From Alphaproteobacteria bacterium (lineage in GTDB: Bacteria; Pseudomonadota; Alphaproteobacteria; Rickettsiales; UBA8987): a DNA stretch of 64,000 bases. A program made the translations under genes and the position numbers. Of the stretch, positions 42,419-49,779 are shown one piece after another (position 1 is the stretch's first letter; each line of letters starts with the position of its first letter). Location: the NCBI GenBank assembly GCA_030429725.1, contig JAUIEX010000002.1, forward strand, positions 5,229-69,228. Direction: 5' to 3'. Under the pieces are notes generated by a model that was not told where the DNA came from, did no database searches, and saw only the letters and a program-made list of their open reading frames with translations.

Positions 42419-42715
42419 TTAATGACCACCTAAATTAAGAAGTGATTCAAAAATATTGCTACCGCCATCCGCAGAAAAACGCCCACCGGACGCCCCCACC
42501 CCGTCTGAAAGACCGGAAAGCTGCTGCACAAAACCTGAAATTTCCTGAAATTGCTGAATTAATCGCAACATATCCTCCAATTGTTTCAGGCCATTGGTAA
42601 AATCATCGCTTATAATTGAACGAAACTCACTTCGCAAAATGCGGCTTGTGCGGAGCAATGTTTCCATTTGCGCCTGCATTTCCTGCAATTGATTTGAGCT
42701 TAAATTCTCTTCCAT
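42419..42715 (-). CDS. 98-aa coiled-coil protein at the tail-chaperone (g10) position
   Basis: Assignment is by position only. It starts 9 nt after the major-tail stop. Helical heptad-rich sequence with a Gly-rich tail. Confidence 0.3.
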   Translation of the reverse strand: MEENLSSNQLQEMQAQMETLLRTSRILRSEFRSIISDDFTNGLKQLEDMLRLIQQFQEISGFVQQLSGLSDGVGASGGRFSADGGSNIFESLLNLGGH

Positions 42716-42724
42716 ATCAAACCT

Positions 42725-43135
42725 TTAAGCAGCGTTATAAGTAACATTTCCGGAGGATTGCAGCACCACGCGCACCTCCTCCGCACCGTTGATTGCCCCC
42801 TGCCGCTGATAATCCCTGATCATCGCCGGAAGCACCATGTCATCCCCATTACCAAAGCTCACTTTTACATTGGCCGCCGCGCCATTAAAGGCCATTGCCC
42901 GCAGGCTTTCTTCCACTGAAGCATCCGTAAAAAGCCCTTCCAGCGTCAACTGCACCTGCGCAATGCCACTTTCACCCAGCTCCTTCTGCCATGCACCGCT
43001 GGTGACATACACGGCCGGCACCGGGCGGCGCTGAATGCGAAGCTCTGTCACGCGCACACCCGGCAATAACGTAAACACTTCCGGATCCGCACCATCACCC
43101 AATGCACATGTTAAATTTTTACCCGCCTGAATCAT
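42725..43135 (-). CDS. GTA g9-type major tail protein (TP901-1 family)
   Basis: 136 aa. ...VTSGAWQKELGESGIAQVQLTLEGLFTDASVEESLRAMAF... matches the RcGTA g9 pattern. Position fits. Confidence 0.8.
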   Translation of the reverse strand: MIQAGKNLTCALGDGADPEVFTLLPGVRVTELRIQRRPVPAVYVTSGAWQKELGESGIAQVQLTLEGLFTDASVEESLRAMAFNGAAANVKVSFGNGDDMVLPAMIRDYQRQGAINGAEEVRVVLQSSGNVTYNAA

Positions 43136-43143
43136 AGCTCAAC

Positions 43144-43548
43144 CTATTGTTTTTGAATACGAAATCTTATTAAACACTCAGCCTGATAGCCAATCACATC
43201 GCGGTGCACTTCCGCCTCAACGCCCTCCAGCCAGTGGTCAATCACCGCGTGGTTAGATAACGCTAAATTCGAGGCCTCCAACACAGCCACCGCCCTTTCG
43301 ATAATCTCAAGCACCGTCAGGCGTGATGGCACATCGCTATGCGCGCGCAAAACAACATCCAGACGCGAAATATCCACGTTCAATGCCGGTTCACTCACAG
43401 ATTCAGTCATGTTAATTAAGAGATAGGGCGATTCAGCGCCTTGCGGTGCATGGTCATAAATCCCGCTAACCAGCGCCGCCAATGTTGCATCCGCCGTCAG
43501 CTCACTATAAATCGCCGCTTGAAGCTCTTTCCAGCCCAAAGCACTCAT
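43144..43548 (-). CDS. GTA g8-type tail completion protein (DUF3168)
   Basis: 134 aa, LTADATLAALVSGIYDHAPQGAESPYLLI. ATGA overlap with the upstream gene. Confidence 0.75.
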   Translation of the reverse strand: MSALGWKELQAAIYSELTADATLAALVSGIYDHAPQGAESPYLLINMTESVSEPALNVDISRLDVVLRAHSDVPSRLTVLEIIERAVAVLEASNLALSNHAVIDHWLEGVEAEVHRDVIGYQAECLIRFRIQKQ

Positions 43549-43898
43549 AACGCCACCCCACTTTCAGCAATAATGTCCAACTGCTCTTTGCGCCCCGTTG
43601 GATCAGACAAACTCCGAATATTGAGCATTTCATCCTGATAACAGATACTCATAGATTGAGTTAGATTATCCTTATATCGTATTGTTATTTTATATTTTTT
43701 CTTATTATTAATTTTACCATTTTCCATAATCTCTTTACTGGCCTGCGCAGGCGAATATGGCAGAACTTCCGCCCAGACCGTGCCAATATTCACCCAACTC
43801 ACCGTAAAACCTCCGGCAAAATCGGATGTGCGAACAGGATTACGAAAACTAATGCGTGATGTCAGACGGGATGCCAGAATATCTTTTTTCATCACCAC
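43545..43898 (-). CDS. GTA g7-type head-tail adaptor / head-closure protein
   Basis: 117 aa, RISFRNPVRTSDFAGGFTVSWVNIGTVWAEVLPYS... typical of SPP1 gp16 / HK97-type adaptors. Confidence 0.8.
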   Translation of the reverse strand: MVMKKDILASRLTSRISFRNPVRTSDFAGGFTVSWVNIGTVWAEVLPYSPAQASKEIMENGKINNKKKYKITIRYKDNLTQSMSICYQDEMLNIRSLSDPTGRKEQLDIIAESGVAL

Positions 43899-43899
43899 C

Positions 43900-44442
43900 T
43901 CACAAATAAATCACGCGGTAAGGGTCATATTGCATCAGCGTATCGGGCGGCAGATTTGTCTGGCCACGATGCTCAAACATATAGGCCACATGCGCCAGCA
44001 AGCCCTGTTGAATATCATAGGGAACCTGGCTGGCATCGCCATAACCCGCCACATATTCCACCTCCACCATGTGCGCCACGGGGGAAATATCGAACCGCAA
44101 TGCGGCATTCCCGGCCGAAAGCGTATAAGCACTGCCGGATAATGCCTGTGAAGTGCCGTCACGTGTGGTCAGCGTCACCGCCATAATTGATTGCACGGGC
44201 CCACGCATCAATTGCACCCGGGCGGGCGCAAAATCATCAAAACCCATTTTCCAGCGCTGCGTAATCAGCGAACGCCGCATGAATTTCTCCGCTGCCAGCC
44301 GCGCTGCGCGAATCATCTGCAGCAAGGTGATATCCTCATCCTGCTCATCAATTTTTAGGTATAATTTTGTTTCTGCCAAACTGAGTGGCTCCGTTGACGG
44401 AGCAAGAGTTTGGGTTAAATGCGGCATGCGTGATGTCAGCAT
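43900..44442 (-). CDS. GTA g6-type head-tail connector (gp6-like)
   Basis: 180 aa, LSLAETKLYLKIDEQDEDITLLQMIRAARLAAEKFMRRSLITQ... is a connector-family N-terminus. Confidence 0.8.
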   Translation of the reverse strand: MLTSRMPHLTQTLAPSTEPLSLAETKLYLKIDEQDEDITLLQMIRAARLAAEKFMRRSLITQRWKMGFDDFAPARVQLMRGPVQSIMAVTLTTRDGTSQALSGSAYTLSAGNAALRFDISPVAHMVEVEYVAGYGDASQVPYDIQQGLLAHVAYMFEHRGQTNLPPDTLMQYDPYRVIYL

Positions 44443-44501
44443 GGATAGACTCCAGGAATTGGGATTACAGAGATAATGTGAATAGTGTGCAGTGTTCGGT
44501 T

Positions 44502-44670
44502 TAACTCCCCCTTCACGGGGGAGTCTGAATTTCGAGCGTGAGCGAAGAAATTCAGGTGGTGGTTTCTGCCGATCGAAGGCAGAAAACAGAGGACTGACGA
44601 GCTAATTTCTGACTTCTGACTAACCCCCACCGGAATCAGAGATTCCGACTCCCCCGTAAAGGGGGAGTTA
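44502..44670. mobile_element. MITE-like nested-hairpin repeat, copy D
   Basis: Left end TAACTCCCCCTTCACGGGGGAGTC (44502..44525), right end GACTCCCCCGTAAAGGGGGAGTTA (44647..44670). Internal pairs are TGAATTT/AAATTCA and TTTCTGCC/GGCAGAAA. Confidence 0.85.
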
Positions 44671-44719
44671 TAGCTTTTTCTCTTTAACTGCTCATTACCC
44701 ACTGCATACTGCTTACCAA

Positions 44720-45130
44720 CTAAGCCACCGGTGCATCGGCAGCCTGGGATTGCAGTGCCACGGCGGCAATCGGCGCATTGCCGGTATTGCCTGCCGGCGT
44801 AATAGTCAGGCGCACATAGCGCTTGCTGCCATTGTAACCAATCTTCTTCACCACATCGTCATTGGCAAAGGTGAAGGAAGCATCCGCTTCCGTGCCTAAC
44901 AGATTCGCATCCGCCACGGCTGCCGCGTCACTAAGGTCACTGGCGTCACCCTCTTCCACCAGCGTGGTGAAGGTGGCATCGGCGTCAGCCAGCGTGCCGG
45001 TCAGAATGCCAAATTCCAGCGTGTTAAAGCCCTGCATGTCAATGATCTGGCTCACCGCCGCCGTGTTATCCGTAATCACCGCCGGGCTGATCGCACGGCT
45101 GAGTTTAATGTTGTTATGGAGGTCTTTCAT
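44720..45130 (-). CDS. 136-aa phage head-associated protein (possible decoration/cement protein), not in the canonical RcGTA set
   Basis: An intact ORF between the capsid and connector genes, bracketed by MITE copies D and E. Ala/Asp/Thr-rich beta-type sequence ending ...KKIGYNGSKRYVRLTITPAG... The family name is not recognised with certainty. Confidence 0.4.
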   Translation of the reverse strand: MKDLHNNIKLSRAISPAVITDNTAAVSQIIDMQGFNTLEFGILTGTLADADATFTTLVEEGDASDLSDAAAVADANLLGTEADASFTFANDDVVKKIGYNGSKRYVRLTITPAGNTGNAPIAAVALQSQAADAPVA

Positions 45131-45169
45131 AGTGTTATCCTTTTTTGTGATTTGTTAGATTGTGAACTC

Positions 45170-45381
45170 TAATTCCCCCCTGAATGCCCCGAAGCGCGAA
45201 GCGCGTGGGGCGATTCAAAATGTGGGGGAGTCGCAGAGCCGCTTGCGTAGCGCGGCGAAGCGTGGGGGGGGCATTTTACAAAAAGATTGCTCAGCAAAAT
45301 AATCAAGGCCGTGTGTTCCTTGAACACCCCCCACGACTCACACCTTCGGTGCTCGTCTGCTCCCCCTCAAGGGGGGAGCTA
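45170..45381. mobile_element. MITE-like repeat, copy E (subfamily 2, with a nested insertion in its left hairpin)
   Basis: TAATTCCCCCC [TGAATGCCCCGAAGCGCGAAGCGCGTGGGGCGATTCAAAATG] TGGGGGAGTCGCAGAGCCG... ...GCTCCCCCTCAAGGGGGGAGCTA. It is collinear with copy F apart from the bracketed insertion. Confidence 0.8.
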
Positions 45382-45393
45382 TTTTTACGCAAC

Positions 45394-46584
45394 CTAAGAA
45401 GCCAATTTCAGCAGTTTGATGGCCTCAAAGTTCACCACATCACCGCCCACACGTTTGGTGCTATAGAACTTCACGAACGGTTTTTCAGTGTACGGATCAC
45501 GCAGGATGCGAACACCCGCACGGTCAACAATCTGATAGGCACGGCTGAAATCACCCACCGCCACGGAAAGTGTGTCCGTATCCGGCGTTGGCATATCCGC
45601 CGCCTGAAGCACAGGAACGCCCATCAGCGTATCCGGCGTGCCCGTCACCAGACCCGGATTCCACAGATACTGATTCGTGGTCGCTTCTTTCAGCAACCGC
45701 GCCTGCTGCACGGCAGAACGGCTCATCAGGAAGGTGGCGCGGGTGGCATATTCCTCTTTCAGTGCATAGAAAATCTGCACCAGACCATCGGCTGTCACCT
45801 GCCCGTCCGTGCCGGAGTCGATCTGTTCGATCTGCCCCCAGCCTGTGCCGGCATCATAGCTTAAGATGCCGCGCGGCTTGCCCACTCCGTCCCCGGAAAT
45901 AAACGCCGTGTTTTCCTTGCGGGTAAACACATCCGTCAGCTTGCCGGAAAGCCAGCCTTCAATATCCACGCTCGCATCATCAATCAGCTTTTGTGTTGCT
46001 TTGGGTTGAGCGCGGAGTTCATGCACAGGGATGATCTTTTTATTCACCTGCGGTGTGGTGGTATCGGAAATGCTGTCTGCCTCCGCATACCAGCCCGCGC
46101 CGGCCTCATCCTTATCCACAATCACTTCCAGCGAATCGGAGGAAATCGTCTCCACCGCCGCCAGTTGACGCATAGGGGAAGATTCAAACACCGTCTTAGC
46201 AATGGTTTGTGCCATGGTTGGCGTCACCAGATAGCCGCCATCCGGGTCGGAAGCCGCAGAAAGCGCCTTCTTCTCAAGGTAGGAAAGTTCTTCCTCCACA
46301 CCTTTGCGCAGATAGTTACAAAAGGCGGTCTTATGATCGCGCACATCAGGGCTGGCAATGGTAGCACCCCCCATCTCCGGCCGGCTGATGGCCGTTTCCA
46401 GCGTATGCATCCGGCTCTTTTGCTCATCCAGCGCGTTGGAAATGCGCCCCAAATGCTCTGTTGTCAGCGCGTCGGCATTGCCTTTGCGCTCAATTTCCTG
46501 CAAGCGGCGATCATTGATCGACTTAAACTGCTCCCAGGTGTTGCCAAGCGTTTCCATACGCTCCGTTAATTCACGTAAACTCAT
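45394..46584 (-). CDS. GTA g5-type major capsid protein (HK97 fold)
   Basis: 396 aa with an N-terminal coiled-coil delta-like region, then an HK97-family body (...GGYLVTPTMAQTIAK..., ...NQYLWNPGLVTGTPDTLMGVPV...). Confidence 0.9.
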   Translation of the reverse strand: MSLRELTERMETLGNTWEQFKSINDRRLQEIERKGNADALTTEHLGRISNALDEQKSRMHTLETAISRPEMGGATIASPDVRDHKTAFCNYLRKGVEEELSYLEKKALSAASDPDGGYLVTPTMAQTIAKTVFESSPMRQLAAVETISSDSLEVIVDKDEAGAGWYAEADSISDTTTPQVNKKIIPVHELRAQPKATQKLIDDASVDIEGWLSGKLTDVFTRKENTAFISGDGVGKPRGILSYDAGTGWGQIEQIDSGTDGQVTADGLVQIFYALKEEYATRATFLMSRSAVQQARLLKEATTNQYLWNPGLVTGTPDTLMGVPVLQAADMPTPDTDTLSVAVGDFSRAYQIVDRAGVRILRDPYTEKPFVKFYSTKRVGGDVVNFEAIKLLKLAS

Positions 46585-46671
46585 ACGATTTCTCCTTTGT
46601 GATGAGTTGGTTAGTTAGAGTAAAGTAGCGCCGTCGCTATAAAGCGCGCGAGCCAGTAACCGCCTGCCTTA

Positions 46672-46828
46672 TAACTCCCCCCTCGAGGGGGAGTCGCAGA
46701 GCCGTCTACGTAGCACGGCGATGCGTGGGGGGGCCGCCTGAATACAACTATAACTGAATGACCCCCCACGACTCCGCGTCGCTGCATGCGCAGCTTGCTT
46801 CGTCCGCTCCCCCTCAAGGGGGGAGCTA
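46672..46828. mobile_element. MITE-like repeat, copy F (subfamily 2)
   Basis: Left end TAACTCCCCCCTCGAGGGGGAGTC (46672..46695), right end GCTCCCCCTCAAGGGGGGAGCTA (46806..46828). Its last 3 nt are the protease stop codon. Confidence 0.85.
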
Positions 46829-47383
46829 GTAGTGAAGCGCCCGCTCCGCTTTTTCCACGGCCCGTAGCAACCGTTTCAGCATCAGCGGGGAAATCTCCTC
46901 CGGCAATTCGGCCTTCTCCTCACGCTTCACACTGGTCACCGTTGCCAATTCATTGGCGGGGAAAGTGACCAGGGAAACTTCCCACAAATCCGCCTGCAAA
47001 ATCTTCCGCACGCCGGTTTCCGGATTCACCTCCGTCTGCTTGGCGGTATAGCCAATGCTTAACCCATCCAGCGCGCCGGATTGCAGCAGGCTGTGCGCCT
47101 CCCGCGCCCGCGCCACATCCAGCAGCAGCTGCCCCTCCACATAAAGCCCGCGCCTGTCCTCACGGATGGTGGTCAACACGCCGATAGGCTCCTCCGGCTT
47201 ATGCTGCCACAGCAGCTTGATATCCGCCGGCTTCTGCGCCAGCAAACTCTCACGGAATGCCCCGCGCATCACAACATCCTTCTGCCGATCCGTCACCTCA
47301 AACACGCTGGCATAGCCGGAGAAAAACCCGCTCTCCTTCACATCCTCCAGCATCAAACTGCTTGCTAACTGTTTCTTTTGCAT
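46826..47383 (-). CDS. GTA g4-type prohead protease (HK97 family)
   Basis: 185 aa, GFFSGYASVFEVTDRQKDVVMRGAFRESL...LLWQHKPEEPIGV... Confidence 0.88.
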   Translation of the reverse strand: MQKKQLASSLMLEDVKESGFFSGYASVFEVTDRQKDVVMRGAFRESLLAQKPADIKLLWQHKPEEPIGVLTTIREDRRGLYVEGQLLLDVARAREAHSLLQSGALDGLSIGYTAKQTEVNPETGVRKILQADLWEVSLVTFPANELATVTSVKREEKAELPEEISPLMLKRLLRAVEKAERALHY

Positions 47384-47397
47384 GATTTCTCCTATTT

Positions 47398-47530
47398 CAA
47401 CTCCCCCTTCATGGGGGAATATGCAGTAAAAAATTATTCCCCCCTGGTGGGGGAATCGACATCTATGATGTCGATGGGGGGCACCCTCACCGGAATCAAA
47501 GATTCCGACTCTCCCATCAAGGGAGAGTCA
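47398..47530. mobile_element. MITE-like repeat, copy G (composite/diverged)
   Basis: CAACTCCCCCTTCATGGGGGAAT..., ATTCCCCCCTGGTGGGGGAATCGAC/GTCGATGGGGGG..., CCGGAATCAAAGATTCCGACTCTCCCATCAAGGGAGAGTCA. Confidence 0.7.
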
Positions 47531-47585
47531 TTGCCTACTGGCTCGCAGATCACCCTGTCATCCTTGAGGGCAAGAAAAAGTTTCT

Positions 47586-47664
47586 GTCATTCCAGCGAAA
47601 GCTGGAATCTCTAACCTCTTGCACTGATCATTATCCAGAGATCCCAAATCAAGTTTGGGATGAC
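47586..47664. mobile_element. Second small hairpin-ended element (GTCATTCC...GGAATC type)
   Basis: GTCATTCCAGCGAAAGCTGGAATC (47586..47609; 8-bp stem, GAAA loop) and the inverted ATCCCAAATCAAGTTTGGGATGAC (47641..47664). A relative, GTCATTCCCAACTTGATTGGGAAT, lies inside g14 (39203..39225). GTCATTGCGAGG...GCAATC lies at 32408..32444. Confidence 0.6.
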
Positions 47665-47682
47665 AAAAACGCCCCCTACGCA

Positions 47683-47710
47683 CTGCCTACTGCCTACTGC
47701 CTACTGCACA
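47683..47710. repeat. Heptamer tandem array abutting the portal stop codon
   Basis: CTGCCTA x3 plus CTGCACA, then the stop (CTA at 47711..47713). On the mRNA strand this reads TAG TGTGCAG TAGGCAG TAGGCAG TAGGCAG. Confidence 0.9.
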
Positions 47711-48976
47711 CTACTCCCCATCAACCCCCGCCAGCTTCCGTTTCTCGTCCTGTGTCAGGAAATCCGCCTCATTCAGCCGCTTCCACAGCTTTTCCCGGCG
47801 CAGCCCAAGCGCGTGAATGCCATCCACATCATAACTCAGTTTCAGCGCATGCCCTTCCCTTTGCGGGAACATCGGCACCAGCCAGCCATTCAGCGCCGCC
47901 GCGAAATGATCCAGCATCGGCAGCACAGTCTGCTCCCACAGCGCCAGCCGCGCTTCCGCTAAATTGCTATAGGTATTATCCCCGGGAATGCCCAGCAGCT
48001 GCGGCGGCACCCCAAAAGCCAGCGCAATGTCGCGCGCGGCGGAATGCTTCGCCTCCATAAAATCCATATCTTTCGGCGAAAGGCTCATCTCCTGCCATTC
48101 CAGCCCGCCTTCCAGCAGCAGCGGCCTTCCTGCATTGGCAGCACCTGAAAATTGCTCCTGCATTTCCGCTTTCAGGCGGTCAAACTGCTCATCGGAAAGG
48201 TTGCCACTGCCCTCCCCCTTCACCACCAGCGCGCCGGATGGCTTTGCGCCATTCTGTAATAAAGCCTGATTCCACTGCGCCGCCTGATTATGCTGGTCAA
48301 TGCTATAAGCCGCCGCTTCCACCGGGGAAAGCCCATGCCAGTCATCCGTCGGGTGGAAGGTTTTTAGATGCAATATCTGCGACCTGCCCGTAATCGCATC
48401 CACCGGATAGCGCCTGGTCACACCATCCACCGTATAATCATAGGCCGCCGGCAACCCGCCCCGTCCGGCAATCACCTGCACCCTGTCCGGGCGCAGCGTA
48501 TAAATCTCACGCGGCGAATCCGCACCCACCGCCAGCAAAAACACATTGCCCGCCAGCAAACGCTGCACCGCCATATTCTCTATAAGCTCCGTACCCTGAC
48601 AGCGCGGGGATGGGCACTCCATCAGGCTTAAAAGCGGATGCTGATTCACCGCAACCGCACCCTCCGGCCTTTGCATGGAAAGCTTCCATGGCACACTGGC
48701 CGCGGCCTCCGCCACCATGCGGATGGCGCGGTGTGCAATCACATTCCGGCGATAAGCCTCCTCCGCAAAGCGGGCATAATCCCGCCCCATCCACACTGCC
48801 TTGCCAGGTTGCGTAAAATAGGTTGAGGTTGCAGATGCCAGCGGCAGCGCATAGTCCGGCGCAAATTGTTTCGCCTCGTTGTTGCTGCCATTGGCCGCAT
48901 CATTACCGGTAAGAAGGTTAAATAGTCCCTGCATGCGGGACGGCTTCGCCCCGCGTTGTTTCTGCGCTTTGCTCAT
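47711..48976 (-). CDS. GTA g3-type portal protein (HK97 family)
   Basis: 421 aa, ...RNVIAHRAIRMVAEAAASVPWKL...LLAGNVFLLAV...HPTDDWHGLSPVEAAAYSIDQHN... portal-family sequence. Confidence 0.9.
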   Translation of the reverse strand: MSKAQKQRGAKPSRMQGLFNLLTGNDAANGSNNEAKQFAPDYALPLASATSTYFTQPGKAVWMGRDYARFAEEAYRRNVIAHRAIRMVAEAAASVPWKLSMQRPEGAVAVNQHPLLSLMECPSPRCQGTELIENMAVQRLLAGNVFLLAVGADSPREIYTLRPDRVQVIAGRGGLPAAYDYTVDGVTRRYPVDAITGRSQILHLKTFHPTDDWHGLSPVEAAAYSIDQHNQAAQWNQALLQNGAKPSGALVVKGEGSGNLSDEQFDRLKAEMQEQFSGAANAGRPLLLEGGLEWQEMSLSPKDMDFMEAKHSAARDIALAFGVPPQLLGIPGDNTYSNLAEARLALWEQTVLPMLDHFAAALNGWLVPMFPQREGHALKLSYDVDGIHALGLRREKLWKRLNEADFLTQDEKRKLAGVDGE

Positions 48977-49122
48977 GAAAAATCCTGTGTGATGTCTGTA
49001 ATAAGAAGCAGTATGTTTGTTACTATCCGCTCTTGATATTTTCAGAATACGCTAACTTCCAAAACCCGGAAGGGGGAAAGTTTGCCTCCGTCTATTTTTT
49101 TAAAACGGCTGAAATCAAACGA

Positions 49123-49404
49123 TTAATTGTTGAATAACTCAGCATGAGAACCCATTCGGATAAACAGAATAACGTTATTATCTTCATCACGTTCATAAAT
49201 GAGGAGCCAATCGGGCTCAATATGCAAATCACGGCATCCACGAAAATTTCCCGTCAATGCATGATCCTTATACCGCTCAGGCAGTGGAATATTATGGTAT
49301 AAAAACTCGTTAACATCCTTAAATTTCTGTATATCTTTGCCCTGTTTTTGGCAACGTTTTACATCACGCTTAAATTTTGCAGTCCATTTAATGGCATAGG
49401 GCAT
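49123..49404 (-). CDS. yafQ: YafQ-family type II toxin (ribosome-dependent mRNA interferase)
   Basis: MPYAIKWTAKFKRDVKRCQKQGKDI...LPERYKDHALTGNFRGCRDLHIEPDWLLIYE... aligns closely with E. coli YafQ as I recall it (YKDH.L.G...RD.H.EPDW.LIY). ATG 49404 is internal to ORF 49123..49410. Confidence 0.85.
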   Translation of the reverse strand: MPYAIKWTAKFKRDVKRCQKQGKDIQKFKDVNEFLYHNIPLPERYKDHALTGNFRGCRDLHIEPDWLLIYERDEDNNVILFIRMGSHAELFNN

Positions 49405-49456
49405 CACCAATTTTTATACATAAAATTACCTTTCTGCAAGGATGGAACTCTCTCTG

Positions 49457-49717
49457 CTAAATCCCCAGATCGTTATAGAATTCCTCCAATGATTCGGCGC
49501 GGTGAACCCGCCCCTCCTCAGCATCTTTCATGGCGGCCAGCGTCGTTTCATTTGGAATTTTGGCAACCGGCTGAAAGGGTAGACCACCCATCGTGACGGA
49601 TTGATGCAAAAACATCCGCACCGCATCCTGCGTGGAAAGCCCCATGGAAGCAAACAGCGCATCCGCCGCGCGCTTAATTTCTCCGTCCACACGGGTTTGT
49701 ATGAGTTCTCTGGCCAT
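49457..49717 (-). CDS. dinJ: DinJ/RelB-family antitoxin
   Basis: MARELIQTRVDGEIKRAADALFASMGLSTQDAVRMFL...LPF...ending YNDLGI. It parallels E. coli DinJ, including the C-terminal LGI. A GGAGG RBS precedes ATG 49717. Confidence 0.85.
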   Translation of the reverse strand: MARELIQTRVDGEIKRAADALFASMGLSTQDAVRMFLHQSVTMGGLPFQPVAKIPNETTLAAMKDAEEGRVHRAESLEEFYNDLGI

Positions 49718-49750
49718 AATCAGCCCTCCGGTAATATATGTTGCACTATG

Positions 49751-49779
49751 ATTATACCGCCAAACATAGCATTCAACAA
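49751..49779 (-). promoter_or_regulatory. Sigma70-like promoter of the dinJ-yafQ cassette
   Basis: On the minus strand: TTGTTG (49774..49779), a 17-nt spacer, then perfect TATAAT (49751..49756). The inverted repeat ATGCA-N8-TGCAT just upstream (49820..49837, + strand) could be an operator. Confidence 0.5.

Noticed and set aside
45184-45864. 226-aa + strand ORF starting in the capsid/136-aa spacer. Small ORFs are also built from repeats at 34642..34890, 34674..34955, 44436..44702, 46611..46817 and 47378..47614.
   Set aside because: They start inside or are largely composed of MITE-like repeat DNA (poly-Pro/Gly/Ser translations of CCCCC/GGGGG hairpins), or they run antisense to structural genes. 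They are artefacts of stop-free palindromes.
34139-47530. Possibility that the recurring hairpin repeats form a CRISPR array.
   Set aside because: The copies are 130-210 bp composite elements with inverted termini. They are scattered at irregular multi-kb intervals between genes. There is no regular repeat-spacer periodicity and there are no cas genes.
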